A DNA stretch of 46,296 bases from Candidatus Adlerbacteria bacterium (GTDB taxonomy: Bacteria; Patescibacteriota; Minisyncoccia; Phycocordibacterales; SBAW01), in assembly GCA_043784925.1 (NCBI GenBank), contig JAYVXU010000021.1, positions 1 through 46,296 of the forward strand, in the 5' to 3' direction. A program made the translations under genes and the position numbers. The notes beneath the pieces are model-generated. The model ran no database searches, had not been told where the DNA came from, and saw nothing but the letters and a program-made list of their open reading frames with translations. Of the stretch, positions 40,982-46,296 are shown in pieces (the first letter of the stretch is position 1; each line of letters begins with the position of its first letter).

Positions 40982-41551
40982 ATGATTATAAAAAAAACAA
41001 AGTGTGCAGGGCTTTTCCTTATAGAGCTCGAGCCAAAAGGTGACGAGCGTGGTTTCTTCTTAGAAGTGTACAGAAAAGACATATTTTCGGCGTTTGGAAT
41101 TCCTACAGAATTTGTGCAAGAAAACCATACCAAATCTAAAGAAGGGGTGCTTCGAGGATTGCATTTTCAATATGAACCAATGCTCGGAAAACTTATACGG
41201 ATAGTTCGAGGAAAGGCATTTGCGGTTGCTGTTGATATTAGAGTAGATTCTCCAACGCTTGGTGAATGGGTAGGTGGAGAATTCTCTCTTGAAAATAATA
41301 TGCAAATGTATGCACCTCCCGGGTTTGCTACAGGCTTTTGCGTTACCGGAGATACTGCTGAGGTAGAGTATCATTATACCTCTCTGTATAACCCCACAGG
41401 CGAGTCTAATATTATTTGGAACGACAAAGAAATTGGTATAGACTGGCCAATTAGCGCACCCCTAGTATCTGAAAGAGACAATAATGCACAAACTATAGAT
41501 GACTGGCTTCTTCGCCCCGAGGCGCAACTATTTAGAACTTTATCTGAATAA
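40982..41551 (+). CDS. rfbC: dTDP-4-dehydrorhamnose 3,5-epimerase family (RmlC cupin)
   Basis: Start placed at ATG 40982 (MIIKKTKCAGLF). It has DERGFFLEVY, VLRGLHFQ, KLIRIVRGKAFAVAVDIR and IIWNDKEIGIDWP. Confidence 0.85.
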   Translation: MIIKKTKCAGLFLIELEPKGDERGFFLEVYRKDIFSAFGIPTEFVQENHTKSKEGVLRGLHFQYEPMLGKLIRIVRGKAFAVAVDIRVDSPTLGEWVGGEFSLENNMQMYAPPGFATGFCVTGDTAEVEYHYTSLYNPTGESNIIWNDKEIGIDWPISAPLVSERDNNAQTIDDWLLRPEAQLFRTLSE

Positions 41552-41584
41552 ATAGAGTTATATAAAAGTGCTTTGTGAAGTGGT

Positions 41585-43465
41585 ATGAAAGAAAAAATAA
41601 TAATTGCCTACGAACTCCGTCACCTCAAAGAAGTTGAGGACTATATTCAAACCCAAAAGGGGAAGATGCGTGTCATTGCATGTAATTTTTGGGTTGAACG
41701 TGAATTAAAGAAAAAAAATATTGTCTGTGAGTCCTGGGAGAAATGGAAATTTTCGGATTACGACCGGGAAGAGTGGCTTGTGCGGGCGGGGGATATAGCC
41801 CGTGAGTGGTACAGGCAATCAGAGATGTCTTTTTTTATACATCAAGGTGTGCGCTTAGGCGAAGCTTCAGAGCCAGCCATAGAGGCTTATTTGCAGGACC
41901 TTCTTTATTTTTTTGTGCCTTTACAAAAGATGCTCAATCTCTGTGGCGAAGGGACGGTAGTTGTCGTACCACACAGGCAAGTGCATGTGTCTGCATCGGC
42001 AGGTTCATTTGCTCAGTTTGAGTCTAAGGGTATTGCAGATGCTGTACATTTTTTATCTGGGCAGTATGGTTTCAAGGTGGAGGAAATCGGTTTACCACCC
42101 ACGGGTAAAGCAGAGGCTTTTCCTGTGCAACCATTCACCGTTACATTTTTGCTCATGTGGAATTTTTTTGCTCGTATGTTCTTACCACATAGAACCCTTG
42201 CATTATTTGCAAGTGAAAATTGGTATCACATTGCCCCATTTCTTGAGACTATGAAGGACACAGAGCTCGTGCTGATGGATAGGAGCGAAATTCGCAATAT
42301 TTCTTGGCGGCAAATTTTAAAGCACCGTATTCGTTTTGTACATCCTTTGGATATACAAACAAAATCATTACGACACACAGCAGCAAACAAACAAAAGGAA
42401 TTTAAAATAGCATGGCATAGCGCGAAGGAAGTTGTAAGTCGTATGCCCCAGTTTACCTATGAAGGCATTCATTGGTGGCCTCTGGTTGAACCAGCTTTTA
42501 CCTTTTTTGTTGAAGAATATGCCGAGAGGTTAGTGTATGACACAGACGCGCTCCAACACATCTATGTACACGAGAATATTCAAAAAGTGTTACTACGTGC
42601 AAGTGTTAGTGGCCACCAGCATCACTTTTTTATTGCAGCTAAAGTTGCCTCACGTATGAATATGCCCTCAATTGAGCTCCAGCATGCCGGCGCAGTGTTA
42701 GACCCCAGGTCAGTCCATTCACGAATGGAAGCTTCGTATTTGGCAGGGTATGGCACTCTTACTCAAAAAATTTACTCAAAAAATCATGGATACTCTTCAG
42801 ATCAAATTCGTGCCATAGGATCTCCTCGGTTTGACCGCTATGTGGACACCTCTCCACTTTCTACTCTAGAACGGGCTCAGTATTTGAAAGATATAGGTTT
42901 AGACCCTGCTCGCCCTGTGGTACTGATAGGTGCTCCGGAAGATCATAATATGCTTATACCACACGCATTCGACTCATATGAAAATGCTAACTTTTTTTCA
43001 GTACTGGCTGAAGTGCAAAAAGCATTACCTAACATACAGGTGTTGTTTAAATTTAGATCTCATATTGGTCTTGCACTTCGAGCGGAATATATAGACGCAC
43101 TTTTCGAGGGTAAAAATTATGCTATAGTTTCGGACGATTTATTTTTTCGCATTCAAATATGCGATGTGGTGTTGTCGAGTAACTCGACTGTCATGTACGA
43201 AACCGTGATAGCAAAAAAACCTCTGGTCTTGTTTCATTGGCGAAAGACCGATTCCTACGCCATAGACGTCTACACGCAAGCAGCGCCTATCTTTTTTTCA
43301 ACAGACGAACTTACAGTAGTGCTTCGTCGTATACTTTCAGACTCGAGCTACTCTCAAGAACTGGTGGAAAAAGGTCGTCAGTTTTTAAAGAAAAATTATT
43401 CTTTTGATGGTCACGCTTCACAGCGTACGGCACAATTATTGCGTGAAGAGCTCAAGGTCTACTAG
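41585..43465 (+). CDS. Hypothetical protein; the C-terminal half resembles TagB/TagF-type glycerophosphotransferase or capsule-synthesis GT-B proteins
   Basis: 626-aa ORF. IGSPRFDRY...PVVLIGAPED...VVLSSNSTVMYETVIAKKPLVLF is reminiscent of CDP-glycerol glycerophosphotransferase or KpsS-like C-terminal domains, judged by eye. I did not recognise the N-terminal half. Confidence 0.45.
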   Translation: MKEKIIIAYELRHLKEVEDYIQTQKGKMRVIACNFWVERELKKKNIVCESWEKWKFSDYDREEWLVRAGDIAREWYRQSEMSFFIHQGVRLGEASEPAIEAYLQDLLYFFVPLQKMLNLCGEGTVVVVPHRQVHVSASAGSFAQFESKGIADAVHFLSGQYGFKVEEIGLPPTGKAEAFPVQPFTVTFLLMWNFFARMFLPHRTLALFASENWYHIAPFLETMKDTELVLMDRSEIRNISWRQILKHRIRFVHPLDIQTKSLRHTAANKQKEFKIAWHSAKEVVSRMPQFTYEGIHWWPLVEPAFTFFVEEYAERLVYDTDALQHIYVHENIQKVLLRASVSGHQHHFFIAAKVASRMNMPSIELQHAGAVLDPRSVHSRMEASYLAGYGTLTQKIYSKNHGYSSDQIRAIGSPRFDRYVDTSPLSTLERAQYLKDIGLDPARPVVLIGAPEDHNMLIPHAFDSYENANFFSVLAEVQKALPNIQVLFKFRSHIGLALRAEYIDALFEGKNYAIVSDDLFFRIQICDVVLSSNSTVMYETVIAKKPLVLFHWRKTDSYAIDVYTQAAPIFFSTDELTVVLRRILSDSSYSQELVEKGRQFLKKNYSFDGHASQRTAQLLREELKVY

Positions 43466-44193
43466 TCATTTATTGTAGGCCCATCATACATCACGTCTTT
43501 TGGGTCGAGGCGTCGGTATGGCTTTTCTCGAGTCACTTCTTCTAGCGCGTGAGCCATCATGCCAGGCATCCGGGCAAATGCAAACAGCGCTCGGCCCAGC
43601 CGCCAATCGAGCCCAAGTTCGCACATGCAGGCAGCAAGCGCGCCGTCTATATTGAATGGTAGGTGTTTGCCCGATTGCGCTTCGAGCTCGAGCTCGAGCT
43701 CTTGAACTTTTTGTATATAAGGACCTGCCAGACCCAACTCTGCGGCTTTTTGTAACAGCGCCTGTGCACGTGGGTCCTGGTCTTTATATACTGCGTGTCC
43801 AAATCCAGGAACACGTTTTTTCTGACTTAGTATATTTTTGACAATGTCGTTGGACGAGGTATCGCTATACAAAAGTTTTGCCAGTTCTTCTGCGGCGCCG
43901 CCATGCCAATCACCAATAGTAAGAAGTCCTGCCGCGACGGCGATATTGAGTGGATTCCCAACAGAGGCAGAGACGCGGGGCACAAAATCGGAGGGGGCTT
44001 CAATACCATGCTCAATGCACGCAGTAAGAAGCATATCAAACAGTTTTTGCTCGGGGACCCTTGGCAGGTGACCACTAAATAAAAAGAAGGCAACTTCTGT
44101 GAAGGTGTGTTCTTGTAGTAATTTTGCGTGTGCAATACCCCTAATAAAAAGCTCGTCATTAGCGCGAGTACTTATAGCAGTATTCCATTTCAT
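43462..44193 (-). CDS. Short citrate-synthase-family protein, citryl-CoA lyase-like
   Basis: 243-aa ORF with GDWHGGAAEE, VPGFGHAVYKDQDPRA and RMPGMMAHALEE, which are citrate synthase catalytic-region motifs. It is too short for a full citrate synthase. Its start overlaps the upstream stop (ATGA). Confidence 0.72.
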   Translation of the reverse strand: MKWNTAISTRANDELFIRGIAHAKLLQEHTFTEVAFFLFSGHLPRVPEQKLFDMLLTACIEHGIEAPSDFVPRVSASVGNPLNIAVAAGLLTIGDWHGGAAEELAKLLYSDTSSNDIVKNILSQKKRVPGFGHAVYKDQDPRAQALLQKAAELGLAGPYIQKVQELELELEAQSGKHLPFNIDGALAACMCELGLDWRLGRALFAFARMPGMMAHALEEVTREKPYRRLDPKDVMYDGPTIND

Positions 44194-45089
44194 ATATGTA
44201 ATTTATTTTTTAATACTAAAGAAATTTCTTCTACCGTTGATACGAGGGCGACTCCTGCATGTTGCAATGCTTTGATTTTAGATTGATAACTACCTCTGCC
44301 GCGCGACACGATGGCGCCGGCATGTCCTAAAACGGTGTCTTCTGGAAGGGTAGCCCCAAACTCACCTGCAACAATTGCAACTACAGGTTTGGTAAATTTT
44401 GTTTGTAGTATAAAATCAGCAGCGTCTTCTTCGTAAGTACCCCCGACCTCAGCAAATAATACAACCGCTTTTGTCTCACTATCTTCTGCAAAAATGGCAA
44501 GCATGTCTGCAAACGAAGATCCTGCAATTAGGTCGCCCCCTAACCCAATCGCTGTTGATTGCCCCAGGCCCGCACGTGTGAGAGTAAAACAAATTTCAGA
44601 TGTCATTCCTCCACTTTTAGACAACACTCCAATTGGGCCGGGTTTAAAACCTCGTATCATATCTCCCATGCCAATTGACCCTATTTTTGCTTTGCCGGGG
44701 GAAATGATGCCAATGGCCGATGGTCCTATGACACGCACTCCCGCATTCTTTGCATATGATTGTATCCATGCCGAGTCCTGAGTAGGAACGTGCTCGGTTA
44801 AAATAACAATAAGAGGAATACGTGCATGTATAGCCTCCAGTGCAGCATCTTTAACAAATGCAGGAGGAGTTGCAATAAAAGTTGCGTTTATTTCAGGATA
44901 TTTTTGTAAAGCCAACGCGACACTATCAAATACGGGGACTCCTTCAACACTCGCCCCACCTTTGCCCGGGGTGACTCCGGCCACGACTTGTGTGCCGTAG
45001 AGTAAAGACTCTTTGCATGCACGGGTCCCTTCCTTACCACTGAGGCCTTGAATGAGGAGCCTGGTGTTTGTATCGATTAAAATACTCAT
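44190..45089 (-). CDS. Succinyl-CoA synthetase alpha-like subunit (CoA-binding + CoA-ligase domains); candidate citryl-CoA synthetase small subunit / ACL alpha N-part
   Basis: 299-aa ORF with RLLIQGLSGKEGT, VAGVTPGKGG, SKSGGMTSE and the phosphohistidine loop LGHAGAIVS. Confidence 0.8.
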   Translation of the reverse strand: MSILIDTNTRLLIQGLSGKEGTRACKESLLYGTQVVAGVTPGKGGASVEGVPVFDSVALALQKYPEINATFIATPPAFVKDAALEAIHARIPLIVILTEHVPTQDSAWIQSYAKNAGVRVIGPSAIGIISPGKAKIGSIGMGDMIRGFKPGPIGVLSKSGGMTSEICFTLTRAGLGQSTAIGLGGDLIAGSSFADMLAIFAEDSETKAVVLFAEVGGTYEEDAADFILQTKFTKPVVAIVAGEFGATLPEDTVLGHAGAIVSRGRGSYQSKIKALQHAGVALVSTVEEISLVLKNKLHI

Positions 45090-46159
45090 GATGTTTTGTA
45101 TGCCAAGTCAACCATAGTTTGTGCGGTCAGAACCATAGGAGTGTTTGAGTCAAATAGATGAAAGTTGTATCCTTCAGTTTTGCCTACTTCGCGCAGCATA
45201 GCGAAAGCCTCTTGTGTTCGTGGGCCATCACGCCTAATCACAATGGGGTAGGTAGGTTTTGGAGTAATTTCTCTAAGGCCCTCTAGAAAACCTGAAAGGG
45301 TGATGTAAATGTCAGTAAAGTTAGCTGCAGCACCAACCACCCAGCAACCTTTCAGATCTTTTTTAGATAAAACTTTTTTTGTAAGCTCGCGGACAATGTC
45401 TGCTCCTGGGTTACCTGAGTACTCTGTATAATTGGCTGGCTTGCCTCCGGCACGAAGGAGTGCATCCATGTTGAGCATCGAAGCTCCGCCACCTGAGGCT
45501 AAAATTGCAATGTCACCGTCCATGTCTATATATTGTTTTTCTTGGGGGCGCCATTTTTCATCATCAAGTATAATTTTTGCATCACCGGCGATAAAGTTGC
45601 CTTCAGTAGTTTTGAAGAGGGGATTAATTTCGACCAAGAGCGCGTATTCTCGCATAAACAAATCCCATAATTGCAATACTATTTTCGTAATTGGAGGAAT
45701 TTCTTCTGGCGGAAAGGAAGCTTGAAGTAGTGCGTCTCGTATAAAAAAAGAAGGGAGACCCCATAGAAGATCAATAGGGAAGAGATGTGCATTTGCCACC
45801 CCGCTACCGCCTATGCTACTTACAGACAGTACAGGCATGCGCGTACTGGAGTCATAGCTAAAACTTATGTAGTACTCTTTTTCAAATTTTACTATTTCTT
45901 CGACCAGTACTTTTTCGATCTTTTCGTTAAGAAGTATTGAGCCCAACAGTGCCTCGACCGTATGTCGTACGTCTTGAACAGAAGTGGCTTTGACAATACC
46001 GCCTTCTTTTTTGCGATCTCCAAAACGTACTTGGGCTTTCACAATCCCACTTATTTGAGTTATAGGTAGATCTTGAATACTGGACACTAATATACCCTGC
46101 GGAGTCGATATACCATACTTTTTGAAGAGTTCCTTGCCCTCATGTTCGTAGAGCCTCAT
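45086..46159 (-). CDS. Succinyl-CoA synthetase beta-like ATP-grasp subunit; candidate citryl-CoA synthetase large subunit / ACL beta
   Basis: 357-aa ORF with MRLYEHEGKELFKKYGI, VEINPL, GDAKIILDD and ASGGGASMLNMDALLRAGGKPANYTEYSGNP. Confidence 0.8.
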   Translation of the reverse strand: MRLYEHEGKELFKKYGISTPQGILVSSIQDLPITQISGIVKAQVRFGDRKKEGGIVKATSVQDVRHTVEALLGSILLNEKIEKVLVEEIVKFEKEYYISFSYDSSTRMPVLSVSSIGGSGVANAHLFPIDLLWGLPSFFIRDALLQASFPPEEIPPITKIVLQLWDLFMREYALLVEINPLFKTTEGNFIAGDAKIILDDEKWRPQEKQYIDMDGDIAILASGGGASMLNMDALLRAGGKPANYTEYSGNPGADIVRELTKKVLSKKDLKGCWVVGAAANFTDIYITLSGFLEGLREITPKPTYPIVIRRDGPRTQEAFAMLREVGKTEGYNFHLFDSNTPMVLTAQTMVDLAYKTS

Positions 46160-46168
46160 GTGGCACGA

Positions 46169-46197
46169 ATTGTAACTATTTATACGGTATTACTCAA
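46169..46197 (-). promoter_or_regulatory. Candidate sigma70-like promoter of the minus-strand three-gene operon
   Basis: On the minus strand: TTGAGT (46197-46192), a 17-nt spacer, then TACAAT (46174-46169). The ATG (46159-46157) is 9 nt downstream and has no SD. Confidence 0.35.
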
Positions 46198-46296
46198 GAA
46201 GTGTAGCCCCAAAGTGATAATGTCCTACTAGACCAAAGTAATTCTGTCCTCTTGACACCGAATGTCGTACTGTTTGGGTATTAGACCAGTAATCCC

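Overview
This is a densely coding 46.3 kb bacterial window that uses the standard genetic code, with TGA as a stop. Shine-Dalgarno sites are rare. The gene content includes dockerin, lamin-tail and fasciclin surface proteins, scattered mur genes and many GT4 glycosyltransferases with N-termini typical of tiny-genome bacteria. Together these suggest a Patescibacteria/CPR-like organism, but that is inference only and no search could be run.

Layout, in order:
1. 1-3983: a cell-surface gene cluster with a DUF916-like anchor protein, a small membrane protein, a dockerin-tailed secreted protein and a TlpA-like redoxin.
2. 4039-5400: an unusual tRNA-Leu(CAG) locus. A complete tRNA lies inside an interrupted second copy, and the tRNA 3' end occurs three times. 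It is followed by hairpin repeats, a stand-alone glycine-zipper peptide gene and a Nudix gene fragment.
3. 5479-12183: a Tat-signal protein, a Nudix hydrolase, a TPR / HupE-UreJ / DUF4331 trio, a hypothetical protein and a fasciclin protein.
4. 12225-18533: a peptidoglycan-precursor block (alr, murD, DUF218, murC and a possible PgeF-like gene), then rsmI.
5. 18546-21758: a 2-TM peptide, a soluble VirD4/TraD-like P-loop ATPase with a roughly 280-aa proline-rich tail, and an overlapping lamin-tail-domain secreted protein.
6. 21755-43465: a glycan locus of about 21.7 kb. It has eight GT-B glycosyltransferase genes (six GT4-type, one of them a tandem fusion; one exostosin-like; one GT9) plus a GtrA / GT2 / GT-C triad. 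It also has five methyltransferases, a deoxysugar cassette with a His-for-Lys RfbH/ColD-type dehydratase, and an IS200/RAYT-type Y1 transposase bracketed by palindromes.
7. 43462-46159 (minus strand): a translationally coupled three-gene ATP-grasp / CoA-ligase / short citrate-synthase-family operon that looks like a split ATP-citrate lyase.

I recognised no rRNA, CRISPR array, cas genes, integrase or classical defence genes. All functional calls rest on motif recognition by eye, not on database searches.
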